A DNA stretch of 64,000 nt from Candidatus Daviesbacteria bacterium GW2011_GWA1_41_61 (GCA_000997385.1 LCBT01000002.1:119424-183423), one strand, 5' to 3'; positions 1-9,986 are shown, counted from the stretch's first letter. Program-made: numbers and translations. Notes: generated from the sequence alone by a model not told the origin.

Positions 1-573
1 AAGATGCAGGTCAACGCCGCAAGGCTTCAAGTAATTATTGAGAATACTCTTAATGTATCTATCTATGAGTCAGGAACGATGTCGCTCTTTCTGCAGCCTG
101 TAGATTTTGAAAAGTTGGTAGTAGATGTGGTTAATAACACCTTGCAGTTTGAGGCTGAGGATAAAAAGATCTATCTTAAGATGGATCTTCCCCAGATCCG
201 TCTACCACTTATCAGTGCTGATCCCCAGCGGTTAAAGGATGTGGTAATCAATTTGGTAGAAAATGCCATTAAGTATACTGAGCAAGGAGGAGTGACAGTA
301 AGCCTTTTACAAGACGGAGAGTGGGTGGTAATGGTAGTTGCCGATACCGGCAAAGGTATTGATCCCAAGGATCTGCCTAATCTTTTTCAAAAATTTTATA
401 GGGGGGGAGATTATAAAAACCGGACTATCCAAGGAGCGGGACTGGGACTTTATATTACCAAGAAGTTAGTGGAAAAACATCACGGTACCATTGAAATCAC
501 ATCAGAGCTGGGGAAAGGAACAGTGGTGACACTGAAGTTACCTACTCCTAAAGAAGGCGAGACATGGTCTTAA
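1..573 (+). CDS. Sensor histidine kinase, C-terminal HATPase_c part (5' end outside window)
   Basis: N box NLVENAIKYT, G1 DTGKGI, F box LFQKF, G2 GAGLGLYI. Confidence 0.9.
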   Translation, partial: KMQVNAARLQVIIENTLNVSIYESGTMSLFLQPVDFEKLVVDVVNNTLQFEAEDKKIYLKMDLPQIRLPLISADPQRLKDVVINLVENAIKYTEQGGVTVSLLQDGEWVVMVVADTGKGIDPKDLPNLFQKFYRGGDYKNRTIQGAGLGLYITKKLVEKHHGTIEITSELGKGTVVTLKLPTPKEGETWS

Positions 574-1139
574 ATACTAATTTTTTCCCAACTCTTCTAT
601 TTATAGGGGTAATAGGGGTACTTATTAATATTCATCTGCTCAGGCGGAAGATGGCGTTTTTTTTAACAAAAGTTGATAATCAGACATTGAACTTAAAGAA
701 AGAGCTAATAGAGATGGATAAGCAGCAACAAGTCATCTATAATCTTTCTACCTCAATTTTTCTACTTCGTGGTGTAAAAGAGATTATAAGTAGTACTATC
801 TCCGAAATTGTCGTCATGTATCACTGGTCCGATGTGGCCTATTTCCCTTATGGTCAGTTAGAGGTTGAGAGGAGTTTCTATGGCCAGCACCCTAAATATT
901 CAGCAGAGGAAGTCGCTGCTTTGCTTAAACAGGGAACGGGGACAGACATTATAAATAGTGAGAGATCAGGCCAGTATCTAAGCGTGTTTGGGGTTGGAGG
1001 TGATGGTAGGGCTTTAGGGGGACTGTATGTAGGTAAAAAAGAAGGACCTTTAACGGAAGGCCAAGTAACCTTTTTTAAGACAGTAGCCAGTTTCTTAACG
1101 GTGGCAATAGATAATATCCAAGCTTTAAAGGAACAATGA
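564..1139 (+). CDS. Membrane-anchored GAF-like domain protein
   Basis: N-terminal TM helix; GAF-type C-terminus (GGLYVG...TFFKTVASFLTVAIDN); overlaps kinase stop. Confidence 0.6.
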   Translation: MVLNTNFFPTLLFIGVIGVLINIHLLRRKMAFFLTKVDNQTLNLKKELIEMDKQQQVIYNLSTSIFLLRGVKEIISSTISEIVVMYHWSDVAYFPYGQLEVERSFYGQHPKYSAEEVAALLKQGTGTDIINSERSGQYLSVFGVGGDGRALGGLYVGKKEGPLTEGQVTFFKTVASFLTVAIDNIQALKEQ

Positions 1140-1795
1140 GTACTACTTTAATTGTCGGGATTCTACTAATAGGAGCTGCTCTTTGGGAACTCATTCCTTT
1201 ACTTCAGGATTTATACAATCTTAGACTCTTGACGCTTAAGCAGAAACAGACGGCGAAGCTTTTGTTGCAAAAGAAGAACCAGGGTATATTCCTCAATCGT
1301 TTGTACAAATCAGCTGATGATTATCAACCAAAAGAGGTCAGAACTGTTCAGCTTCTGGATGATTTGGAGTACAGTTTAGGTTGGAAGAGACTTGCCTACC
1401 TTGACTTTTTGGAGGATGAGCAGGCAATAATTTTTAGGGTAACAAAAGGTTTACCGCAAAAGTATCTTGATTTTGTTCATGAGGTATACCATGATCGTAT
1501 TGATATCGGCAGCCTGGCGGGAGGTCGGGCTATCTCGACTAAGCAGCCACTAATTGTCAATAATTGGACCCAAGACCCGCACCTTAAACATATCAGCTTT
1601 ATGTCTGAGTACGGGCACGTTATTTCTTTTGGGGCCTTTCCTATTGTCAGCAGTTTGACAACTTACGGATCTTTGCATGTTTACGGGGGCAGTGCCGGGA
1701 TGTTTAAACTTAATGAGGTACAGTTTTTTACCACTGTAGCTAACTCCTTGGCAGCAATTTTAGAACATGACGAATTTTGCTATGAAAGGAGGTGA
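1136..1795 (+). CDS. Membrane-anchored GAF domain protein
   Basis: N-terminal TM; GAF motifs (GSLAGGRAISTKQPLIVNN, FPIV...GSLHVY, FFTTVANSLAAIL); ATGA overlap. Confidence 0.75.
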   Translation: MSTTLIVGILLIGAALWELIPLLQDLYNLRLLTLKQKQTAKLLLQKKNQGIFLNRLYKSADDYQPKEVRTVQLLDDLEYSLGWKRLAYLDFLEDEQAIIFRVTKGLPQKYLDFVHEVYHDRIDIGSLAGGRAISTKQPLIVNNWTQDPHLKHISFMSEYGHVISFGAFPIVSSLTTYGSLHVYGGSAGMFKLNEVQFFTTVANSLAAILEHDEFCYERR

Positions 1796-2205
1796 TAAAG
1801 ATGGCAATGAATTTAGAAAAGGCGAAGAGAATTATTGAGGCAGCCAGGGAAGAGGCTCGGCAGATGGGTATTCCCCAAAATATTGCCGTGGTTGACGAGG
1901 GGGGAAATTTAGTTGCTTTTGAGAGGATGGATGGGGCGATGTTGGTAGGGGTGAATATTGCTCAGGATAAAGCCTATACGGCGGCAGGTACAGGCTTTCC
2001 CACAGATGCTTTAGGAGAGCTTTCTCAACCAGGAAAACTTGCTTATGGAGTGGCTTTAGCTGACCGCGGACGGGTGATAGTTTTTGCTGGAGGTTTACCC
2101 ATTAAGGAGGGAGACAAGCTGATTGGGGGTATCGGTGTCTCTGGTGGTATGGCTCCTGATGATAAAAAGGTAGCCGAAGCGGGACTGAAGGCCTTAGAGA
2201 AATAA
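1792..2205 (+). CDS. GlcG/HbpS family heme-binding protein
   Basis: IAVVDEGGNLVAFERMDGA, IAQDKAYTA, GGLPI...IGGIGVSGG motifs. Confidence 0.9.
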   Translation: MIKMAMNLEKAKRIIEAAREEARQMGIPQNIAVVDEGGNLVAFERMDGAMLVGVNIAQDKAYTAAGTGFPTDALGELSQPGKLAYGVALADRGRVIVFAGGLPIKEGDKLIGGIGVSGGMAPDDKKVAEAGLKALEK

Positions 2206-2305
2206 TCTTATTAAAGTATCTTAAGCCATCCAGGAAATTTCGCATAACGCCGCTCTTGACGGGCAAAGTAGGATTTGCTAGCCTAAAAAGGTCACGGTAA
2301 ATTTT

Positions 2306-2692
2306 ATGCGAGTAGCCCTTATTGAAGACGAAGAAGTTTTGCGAGATCTCTACAAAAAAGAGTTTCAGTCAGTGGGGTATGTCCTGGATGGCTTTGCCAA
2401 TGGGGAAGAGGGTTTGGCCGGGGTAAAACAAAACAAGTATGATGTTATATTACTGGACCTGATGCTTCCTGGGATTGATGGGTTAGAGATTTTAAAGCAA
2501 ATAAAACAGGACGACAAAACTAAAAATACTCCCGTCATTATCCTTACTAACCTGGGTCAAGATGAGGTTATTAGGCAAGGTTTTAATTTAGGGGCGGAAG
2601 GTTATTTAATTAAGTCTTCAAACTCCTTCAAAGAGGTTGTAGAGGAAGTCCAAAATATCTTAAATAAGAAGGGAAGAACAGTTATTTCCTAA
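2306..2692 (+). CDS. Single-domain response regulator (receiver only)
   Basis: IEDE, LLDLMLP phospho-Asp, IILTN, YLIK; no output domain. Confidence 0.9.
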   Translation: MRVALIEDEEVLRDLYKKEFQSVGYVLDGFANGEEGLAGVKQNKYDVILLDLMLPGIDGLEILKQIKQDDKTKNTPVIILTNLGQDEVIRQGFNLGAEGYLIKSSNSFKEVVEEVQNILNKKGRTVIS

Positions 2693-3800
2693 AGAGTGTC
2701 AAACCTGGGTTTGCTTGAACAGATAAGGACTCAATAGGTTTGTAGTGATAAAGAGCACTGGTAGCAATATAGGCAGCGTTATCAGTACAAAGGGAAGGTG
2801 GTGGGAAAAATAGATCTCCACGTGATAGTTGGGTTTTGACCTCTTCCCCAAGCTTTTGCCGGAGCTTCTTATTGGCAGCTACTCCGCCTGCAACAATAAT
2901 TTGTTTAATATTAAATTTTAAAGCTGCGGTGATAGTCTTTTTAACTAGGACATCAGCAATGGCTTCTTCTACAGAAGCAGCTAAATCAGCCATTGAGTTA
3001 GGATTTTGTATATCTATTGCTTTGACAATATTTCCTACAGCTGTTTTTAAACCCGAAAAAGAAAAATCGAAATCATCAGTAGTCATCATTGGCCGGGGTA
3101 ACTTGAAGGCAGAAGGATCTCCTTTTTCCGCCAGCCTGGATATCTGAGGCCCTCCAGGATAGGGCAGTCCCATCAGTCTGGCAGTTTTATCAAAGGCTTC
3201 TCCGGCAGCATCATCCCGGGTTCCTCCCAAGTATTCATACTTACCATGGTCTTTCATTAAAACTAAATCAGTGTGGCCACCGGAAACAAGCAAGCCAATA
3301 AGGGGAAATTTTGGTACACCTTCCAGGTGGGCTTTGACTCCTGGAAGGTGGGTATCGGTGATCCAATTGGCATAGAAATGCCCCAGCAAGTGATTTACAG
3401 GAATTAATGGTTTTTTCCAAACAAGAGCCAGTGTTTTTGCAGTTTCTACGCCTACTAAAAGTGAGCCAATTAGTCCCGGACCATAGGTTACTGCAATAGC
3501 ATCTATAGCTGGACGGTAGATGGTGGAAGATAGAAGGTGTTTTTTGGGAGATGGAGGACAGAGGTTGGATTGAATAAGAGCCTCATTAATTACAGGAATG
3601 ATGGATTTAAGTTGCTCCCGTGCAGCTTGTTCTGGTATTATTCCGCCATATTTAGCGTGTATTTCAGCCGAGGAAGCGACAATATTGGACAATATTTTTA
3701 CTCTTTCTCCATCTTTTTGTACTACTGCAGCAGCTGTTTCATCACAAGAGGTTTCAATACCAAGAATAATTTGAGGTTGGAAATAATTTGTTTTTGCCAT
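2682..3800 (-). CDS. tsaD: tRNA N6-adenosine threonylcarbamoyltransferase
   Basis: ILGIETSCDET, VNHLLGH, VSGGHT, DDAAGEAFDK, CTDNAA. Confidence 0.95.
   Translation of the reverse strand: MAKTNYFQPQIILGIETSCDETAAAVVQKDGERVKILSNIVASSAEIHAKYGGIIPEQAAREQLKSIIPVINEALIQSNLCPPSPKKHLLSSTIYRPAIDAIAVTYGPGLIGSLLVGVETAKTLALVWKKPLIPVNHLLGHFYANWITDTHLPGVKAHLEGVPKFPLIGLLVSGGHTDLVLMKDHGKYEYLGGTRDDAAGEAFDKTARLMGLPYPGGPQISRLAEKGDPSAFKLPRPMMTTDDFDFSFSGLKTAVGNIVKAIDIQNPNSMADLAASVEEAIADVLVKKTITAALKFNIKQIIVAGGVAANKKLRQKLGEEVKTQLSRGDLFFPPPSLCTDNAAYIATSALYHYKPIESLSVQANPGLTLFRK
3317..3350. repeat. 11-bp perfect inverted repeat inside tsaD
   Basis: caccttccagg-N12-cctggaaggtg; encodes the segment HLPGVKAHLEG. Confidence 0.8.
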
Positions 3801-3945
3801 GGTAGTATTGTATCAAAATTAAGCATTGAAAATTTCTAATTTCTAAATAAACCCTAAGGTTCTAATGATTTAGGTTAATTTTTGATTCTGTTTGTTCCAC
3901 ATAATCTATCTTGTCTTGGGTAGCCTCTAGTTGTAGCTTAAATAT

Positions 3946-4803
3946 ATGGCTTCAGACAGCATTCCCCGGACTCACTCTTTTTCTTTGGGAGACTTCCATG
4001 ACTTTGACCGCTGTGTTTTTAGGTTTTTTGTCAACCACCATTTAGGGAAAAAATATGAGCTGGCGGAAGGATCAGCCAATCAGGTTATCGGTACTGTACT
4101 GGATCTAGCTATTAAAAAAATCCATCTAACTCATGCTTACGGCCAACCTTTGGATTACCTTTTAAATTATCTGCAAGCTGCAGAAAAAGAGATCAGGGAA
4201 GATGTAAATAAAAGAGGTAATATTTCTTTTTATGGAGCCCAACTCCCATATTTAACTCCTGAGGTGGTAGAACAAGCAAAAACCATCTTTGCTACCTATT
4301 ACCAAGGGATAGAAGGAAACTTTAAAAAAATGGTCACCACCCCTACTACCAAAAGGATAAAACCTTTTTGGGAGGTGATTTTAAGGGGGTCAACCCCTCT
4401 AAAGTTGTGGGGAGCTCCGGATTCTATTGAGATGGGAGAGGATGGGATACCGGAGGTGGTGGATTATAAATATTTTGGAGATAAAGAAAGGGGGGAGGAA
4501 AATTTGGATATGGATCTAATGCCTAAACTTTATACCCTCTTTTGCGCTGCAGAGCTTAAGGCTTTAGATTTTTCCAAAGTCCGTTTTATGGTTAGACTCT
4601 GGCAAGATCCCGGTAATAATTCCTACTATGAAGAGTTTGATCTGCCCCAGATGTCTTCTGTAGCTGATTTTTTTAAAGATAAAACAGAGAGAATTTTAAG
4701 GACCAAGGAGCTCGCCTTTTGCGGTAAGGAATACTGTCGGGTCTGTCACCATCAAGAAAAAGTGGCGTGGATTAAGGAGCTACAGCAATACTTGCACCAA
4801 TAA
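3946..4803 (+). CDS. PD-(D/E)XK nuclease, RecB/AddB/Cas4-like, probable Fe-S cluster
   Basis: GAPD...VVDYK motif; one N-terminal Cys (FDRCVF) plus C-terminal CxxxxCxxC. Confidence 0.7.
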   Translation: MASDSIPRTHSFSLGDFHDFDRCVFRFFVNHHLGKKYELAEGSANQVIGTVLDLAIKKIHLTHAYGQPLDYLLNYLQAAEKEIREDVNKRGNISFYGAQLPYLTPEVVEQAKTIFATYYQGIEGNFKKMVTTPTTKRIKPFWEVILRGSTPLKLWGAPDSIEMGEDGIPEVVDYKYFGDKERGEENLDMDLMPKLYTLFCAAELKALDFSKVRFMVRLWQDPGNNSYYEEFDLPQMSSVADFFKDKTERILRTKELAFCGKEYCRVCHHQEKVAWIKELQQYLHQ

Positions 4804-4905
4804 TAATGACATCATAGTAATTTTTCATAAAATTTTTTCTATAACTCGTTTTTTTTATTTTATTATACTTAATTATTTAAATGTCTTTTATCGCTAAGGA
4901 AGAAC

Positions 4906-5472
4906 TTAAGAGCTAGTTAGTGGTACTTCAGCTAAAGTATTGTGGTGGTGGAAGCCTTCTTCCGGAACAGACTCAAAAAGCTTGATCGAGGAAATTTGAA
5001 TGGGGGCAAACTCTTTGAGCATCATATTTTGCAACTTGGCTTCTTGTTCAGTTGAAAGCTGAAAATTGCCGTTGATTTTAGCAATGGCGATATGGGGGAC
5101 ATAACGCCTTTCATCAGTGTCGAGCCCCAAGTGAGAGAGCCCGTCTTTAATTCTTTCCCGGATTATCATCAGCTTATCAATATCTCCTTTGGCTCCGACC
5201 CAAAAAACATGAGCACTGTGGAGATGGGGAAAACCATCAATATAACCCGGAGTAATGGTAAAAGGCGGGATGCCTCCCACGGCTTTGACAATAATTTTTC
5301 TTAAATCCTCTTTTAAATAGTCTGGTTGCTCCCCAATAAAGGCAATGGTCAAATGTAATTTTGGGCTGTCAGTTAGCCTGATTTGAGGGATAATTTCTTT
5401 TAACTGTCTTTGCACTCCTTCCAGTTGTTTTTGACAATTTTGGGGGATCTCTAAGGCCATGAAATAACGCAT
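4906..5472 (-). CDS. thpR: RNA 2',3'-cyclic phosphodiesterase (2H family)
   Basis: MRYFMAL start; HLTIAF and PHIAIA 2H motifs. Confidence 0.85.
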   Translation of the reverse strand: MRYFMALEIPQNCQKQLEGVQRQLKEIIPQIRLTDSPKLHLTIAFIGEQPDYLKEDLRKIIVKAVGGIPPFTITPGYIDGFPHLHSAHVFWVGAKGDIDKLMIIRERIKDGLSHLGLDTDERRYVPHIAIAKINGNFQLSTEQEAKLQNMMLKEFAPIQISSIKLFESVPEEGFHHHNTLAEVPLTSS

Positions 5473-5483
5473 GCCTTTTGATT

Positions 5484-7343
5484 CTATTCTTTTGTTCCTA
5501 CTAAGTAAACCGCTTGCCAGGGGCGGTAGTTTGAATCAAAGGCTTCAGAGATTAAAGTTTCTCCACCTCTTGTGACAGTTCTAGAGAAGGTTACTTTGGC
5601 TCCCCAAGCTGGCCAATCAACCTGTTTAATCTCCCCTTTGGGTAGTGTTGGATCATCTTGACGAATCTCCGGCAGAGGTGGGGTTTGGCTTAAGATTTTG
5701 GGGGTAGTAACTGTGGCTACCCGGCCGTCGGAGGTGCCATAAAGATCCACATATAAATTATTGCCTAAAATATAAGCTTGAATGAGAATATGAGCTGGAG
5801 TATCGTTTTTAAATTTTAAATCCACACCGGGATAAAAAACAGTCGCATCCAGCCCCGGTTTAAACCCTCCTTGCTCGTAATAACTGACCCGGTAAGCATG
5901 GGCGGTCCTTTCCAAAATAGGCAGCCCGGTATTTAAAGCCACCCTAAAAACCGTCGTGGAGACCTGACACACTCCTCCCCCATCATCTAAAACTGTCCGC
6001 CCTGATTTGATAATGTAGGCTTGTTTATAACCGGTGACAGCGGAGATATCCCCGACGGTCTCTAAAAAGGAGAATGTTTCCCCCGGAGGGATTAAGATTC
6101 CGTTAAGGCGGGAGGCAGCCAGTCCGATATTGTAGATACGGTTAGTAATTGAGCCAGTAAAGGAGGAGACCCCTTGCCCAATCAGCTGGTTAATACCTAA
6201 ATTATTAACATCGGCATTGGTGATTTTAGGCTGAGTGACAGTAACCGGCAAAGTTATTCCCTGGGAGGAGCCTATAAAGAGGGCTTGAGAAATTAGTCTA
6301 GCGGTTTGTTCAATATCAACTTTACGTCCCTCCCGGGCAGATTGAAATTCAACAACTTTGATCTGTCCGTTGGGAAGTTTCTCTGCACTGAATTTAGCAT
6401 CTTGGGCCTGCTGATCAATTTTTTGGGAGACTTCTTTTAAAAAGCCAGCTAGTTTTGTTTGGTCAATGGTTATTCCTATCTCCTCCGAGGTCAGGTTAGT
6501 TCCTGAAAAATCCGTTCCTGTAAGCTGAGAGGAGGTTTGAGGGAGTGTTAAGACAGAGACAGGTGGAGGGTCCTCTAATGTTAACAGTTTAAACAACACT
6601 TTGTGATCAATAGTCCACTGCTTACTTTGATAGGTTAAGTTTAACGGTCTGGTTTTGACAGCCTCTAGAACTTGTTGGTATTTTTCAGCAGTGGGGGTGG
6701 TAAAGCCGGCCGGGATTTTTTGAAGAGGCAAAGTCATAGGAGGGGGAGCCTTTAAACTCAAATAATCAGTAAGCTGTTTTTTAAACAACTCCTGATCCAG
6801 TTTTTGTCCCTCAACGGAGGGGTTTAAGGTGATAGTTTCCCCTAAAATGATGCGGGCATCCTGGGGCTTTTTTTTGATTACCTGATCAATTTTTCCAAGC
6901 TGGGCGTTGAGTGCTGACGGGTTTTTGACAGTTACCTGGGGAAATAAAGTTGTTCCTGAGAAAACAGCCCACCCCTGTTCTTTTAAATCTACTAAGTAGT
7001 TGCCGGATCGGCCCATCTGATAAGCGCGGAGGATTTTTTGTCCTAAATCAATTGAGGGGGAGCTGTCAGCTAGGTTAAGAGTAAAAGTTTGACCTTGGTA
7101 AGTTAAGATTAAGGGAGTTTTAGCCCGCTTCTGAAACTCTTCTGATAACAGTTGGTGAGCGGAAGCAAGGGTATGGCCTCCTAAGGGAAGATAAGCTACT
7201 TTGATTCCGGGGTAAATCCGTTGGTAGTAATAAGCCAGAAAGGATAGATAGAAAAATAAAACCACTGTCCCTAAGGCTAAAGCAATAATCCCCGCTCTAA
7301 AAGGTAAGGGCAGATGATAACGGTTTTTTTTATTTTTAGCCAT
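5484..7343 (-). CDS. VanW family protein with PG-binding repeats
   Basis: GGGVCQVSTTVFR, ERTAH, GLDATV, DLKFKNDT; N-terminal TM. Confidence 0.9.
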   Translation of the reverse strand: MAKNKKNRYHLPLPFRAGIIALALGTVVLFFYLSFLAYYYQRIYPGIKVAYLPLGGHTLASAHQLLSEEFQKRAKTPLILTYQGQTFTLNLADSSPSIDLGQKILRAYQMGRSGNYLVDLKEQGWAVFSGTTLFPQVTVKNPSALNAQLGKIDQVIKKKPQDARIILGETITLNPSVEGQKLDQELFKKQLTDYLSLKAPPPMTLPLQKIPAGFTTPTAEKYQQVLEAVKTRPLNLTYQSKQWTIDHKVLFKLLTLEDPPPVSVLTLPQTSSQLTGTDFSGTNLTSEEIGITIDQTKLAGFLKEVSQKIDQQAQDAKFSAEKLPNGQIKVVEFQSAREGRKVDIEQTARLISQALFIGSSQGITLPVTVTQPKITNADVNNLGINQLIGQGVSSFTGSITNRIYNIGLAASRLNGILIPPGETFSFLETVGDISAVTGYKQAYIIKSGRTVLDDGGGVCQVSTTVFRVALNTGLPILERTAHAYRVSYYEQGGFKPGLDATVFYPGVDLKFKNDTPAHILIQAYILGNNLYVDLYGTSDGRVATVTTPKILSQTPPLPEIRQDDPTLPKGEIKQVDWPAWGAKVTFSRTVTRGGETLISEAFDSNYRPWQAVYLVGTKE

Positions 7344-7416
7344 AATATTTACTGGTTAATTGTAGTAGTTTTGGCTATCTGTAGCAAGCCAAAGTTAGTT
7401 GTAATATAATTAGGAG

Positions 7417-8736
7417 GTGAAGAAAGTAGCATTAATAGTTATCCTGGCAGCTATCATTTCAGGGATAGGTTTTTGGTGGTATATCTCAATTTACACCAAA
7501 TCCCAAACTCCCAAGGAAGTTACTTTAACTGTTTGGGGGCTGTGGGATGAGGAGGCCATCATCAATCCGGTTTTAGAGGCTTATCAAAAGTCTTACCCTA
7601 ACGTTAAGATCAGTTACGTTAAGCAATCAACCTTAAATTATTATCCTCGGCTGATAACTCAACTGCGCTCAGGTTTTGGCCCGGATATCTTTACCATCCA
7701 TAACTCCTGGCTGCCGATGATGATTTCTGATCTAGTGGCTGCCCCCTCTTCGGTAGTAAGTTTTAATGATTTTAGCAAGGCCTTTTATCCGATGGCTAAA
7801 GAGAGTTTGACTGCTCAAAATAAAGTTTACGGCTTGCCCATGGAGGTGGATGGTTTGGTAATGTATTACAACGAGGAGATTTTAAGGGGAGTTAATGCCT
7901 CTGTACCCGGGGATTGGCGGGAGTTTGCCGAGGTGGCCAAAAAGGTCACCGTGGTAAGTCAAGAGGGTCAAATTCAAACTGCTGGAGCGGCCATGGGGGC
8001 TACCAACAATGTTGATTTTTGGCCGGAGATTATTGGTCTGTTATATTTTCAGCAACCCAACGCTGATATCGCCTCTCCCAATCAGGGGAAAGGGCCGGAG
8101 GTTATCCAATTTTATACGGATTTTATTACTGATCCGAGGAAAAAAACTTGGGACAGTACCCTGCCAACTTCCACCAAGATGTTTACGGAAGGAAAGTTAG
8201 CTTTTTATTTTGCTCCGGCGAGAATTGCTCAAGAGATTAAAACCTCAAACCCTAACTTACAGTTTAAAGTAGCCCCGGTACCTCAACTGCCGGCTGTTCC
8301 CGGGGTTGCTGAGAAAAAGATTGTTTTGGGTGGATTTTGGGCTCAGGCAGTATCGGCAAGATCCGCCTCTTCAGAGGAAGCCTGGAAATTTGTCAAATAC
8401 TTAACTACCCCTCAGGTGCTGCAGGTTTTATACCAGCAACATCTCCAGGCCAGAGGACTGGGCAGGCCTTTCCCCAGAGTAGAGATGGCTAGTCTAATCT
8501 CTTCCCATCCCATCTTTGGGCCGGTGGTGACCCAGGCCCCTTATTATAAAAGCTGGTATTTAAACTCTACCACCGGGGACGGAGGGATTAATGATAAGAT
8601 TATTGACCATTTCAAAGGGGCCATTGATGGGGTACTGGCAGGGCAGGAACCTAAAGCCATGCTTTATACCACCTCAGTGGGTATTAACAGGGTGTTAAAC
8701 AGTTACACCCCCCAACCCACTCCAGTCAAAAAATGA
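7417..8736 (+). CDS. Sugar-type ABC transporter substrate-binding protein
   Basis: TLTVWG, GPDIF, YGLPMEVDGLVMYYN, AWKFVKYL; N-terminal anchor. Confidence 0.85.
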   Translation: MKKVALIVILAAIISGIGFWWYISIYTKSQTPKEVTLTVWGLWDEEAIINPVLEAYQKSYPNVKISYVKQSTLNYYPRLITQLRSGFGPDIFTIHNSWLPMMISDLVAAPSSVVSFNDFSKAFYPMAKESLTAQNKVYGLPMEVDGLVMYYNEEILRGVNASVPGDWREFAEVAKKVTVVSQEGQIQTAGAAMGATNNVDFWPEIIGLLYFQQPNADIASPNQGKGPEVIQFYTDFITDPRKKTWDSTLPTSTKMFTEGKLAFYFAPARIAQEIKTSNPNLQFKVAPVPQLPAVPGVAEKKIVLGGFWAQAVSARSASSEEAWKFVKYLTTPQVLQVLYQQHLQARGLGRPFPRVEMASLISSHPIFGPVVTQAPYYKSWYLNSTTGDGGINDKIIDHFKGAIDGVLAGQEPKAMLYTTSVGINRVLNSYTPQPTPVKK

Positions 8737-8746
8737 TTCAGTAATT

Positions 8747-9487
8747 TTAGCAATTTGGGTTTTTCCAGAGAGTTATATGGTTGGGAGTGTTAAGTAATGC
8801 GACACCCTCGTCGGTTTTCCCTAAATAAAACCTATCTACGGCTAACTTTAAAGCTGTGAGGGCTTGAGCAGCTGCTCGAACGTGGTGTATTTTTGGGGAT
8901 AGGGAACGACCCCTTTTCAACTCAAAAGTAAAGCCTTTTTGATAATCTATTTCTCCGGCATAGGAAACCTCGATTTTGCCTGTTCCATTATTATGGAAAT
9001 AAGCTTCAGTTCTGGTTAGGGCTTCACCTCCACGGAGATTGGAATTTCTTTCATAAGTTATTTTTACCTCATCAGGTTCTTCTTGTGGTAAATGAAAATC
9101 TAATTGTAAATATATCCCATCTGGGGAGGAGGGTGCCTCATCTGTATAGTAAAAATCGGGACTTAATTCTTGATTTTTAGAAGCTAAGTTAATTGGTTCT
9201 CTTTCTGTAACAAGTTTGGTACTAACTTGTCTATACAGCGTCTTTTGGGTAGAAAGAAAAGATCTTCTTACTCTTTGCAGGAATTCCTTATCAGAAAGAA
9301 AACAAGGAATAGGAGAGGAGATTTTTTCTTCAAGATCTTTTTCAACGAAAGGGTTTATTCGGGAACCAAGATAACCAGCATGGAGATAAGCTGCTCTAAA
9401 TCTATCAACAAGCCTTTCTGGAACCGCTAATAAGCGGTCTTTTAAAGATCCTGTTGCTTTTGCGGTGGCTGCTTCAGCTTCCAACAT
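8747..9487 (-). CDS. Hypothetical protein (orphan)
   Basis: 246-aa ORF, no recognised motif. Confidence 0.6.
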   Translation of the reverse strand: MLEAEAATAKATGSLKDRLLAVPERLVDRFRAAYLHAGYLGSRINPFVEKDLEEKISSPIPCFLSDKEFLQRVRRSFLSTQKTLYRQVSTKLVTEREPINLASKNQELSPDFYYTDEAPSSPDGIYLQLDFHLPQEEPDEVKITYERNSNLRGGEALTRTEAYFHNNGTGKIEVSYAGEIDYQKGFTFELKRGRSLSPKIHHVRAAAQALTALKLAVDRFYLGKTDEGVALLNTPNHITLWKNPNC

Positions 9488-9521
9488 AAGATACTATATT
9501 ATATGATATTTGGGTAAGTTG

Positions 9522-9761
9522 TTAATTAAAATTTTTATTTGGGTTACTGCCGCTAGTCTCTCTCTTAAGGTTGAAGTGGTTAGGAGTTAAGGGAGCAAGT
9601 AGCCTCCTTTTGGGAGGAGAGAGGGTAATAATGTCATTTTGACCAGGGCAGTTTCCCTTTTCATTCAGCAATCCTTTATTTAATAGTGTAAGGGTACATT
9701 GAAGCACCTCCAACTCTTTTTTAGAGAAGACAACCTCTCTTTCTGGACTAAAATCTTTCAT
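9522..9761 (-). CDS. Small hypothetical protein
   Basis: 79-aa ORF with TATAAT just upstream of ATG. Confidence 0.4.
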   Translation of the reverse strand: MKDFSPEREVVFSKKELEVLQCTLTLLNKGLLNEKGNCPGQNDIITLSPPKRRLLAPLTPNHFNLKRETSGSNPNKNFN

Positions 9762-9916
9762 GATTTATATTATAAGCCCAAGAGATAAGTTTTAGATTAA
9801 AAACCTGTTAGAATATATCTAGTAATGAAGGTAACTCTACTTTTATTCCCAATATATTCTCTTGTTGGCTCTGTTAGCTATAGATGTTTTGTTCGTGGTT
9901 TCCCAACAATAGGGTA

Positions 9917-9971
9917 TTGACAAGTGATGGAAGATATTCTTAAAATAGCAAACGAATCAAGTCACTGCTAA
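9917..9971 (+). promoter_or_regulatory. Sigma70 promoter plus degenerate CIRCE operator of groES
   Basis: TTGACA 9917-9922, 18-bp spacer, TAAAAT 9941-9946; aTAGCA-N15-TGCTAA 9945-9971 has CIRCE spacing. Confidence 0.75.
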
Positions 9972-9986
9972 AGAAAAGTAGATTTT

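Noticed and set aside
3946-4803. CRISPR-Cas locus suggested by the Cas4-like nuclease
   Set aside because: No repeat-spacer array and no cas1/cas2 or effector genes seen in the window
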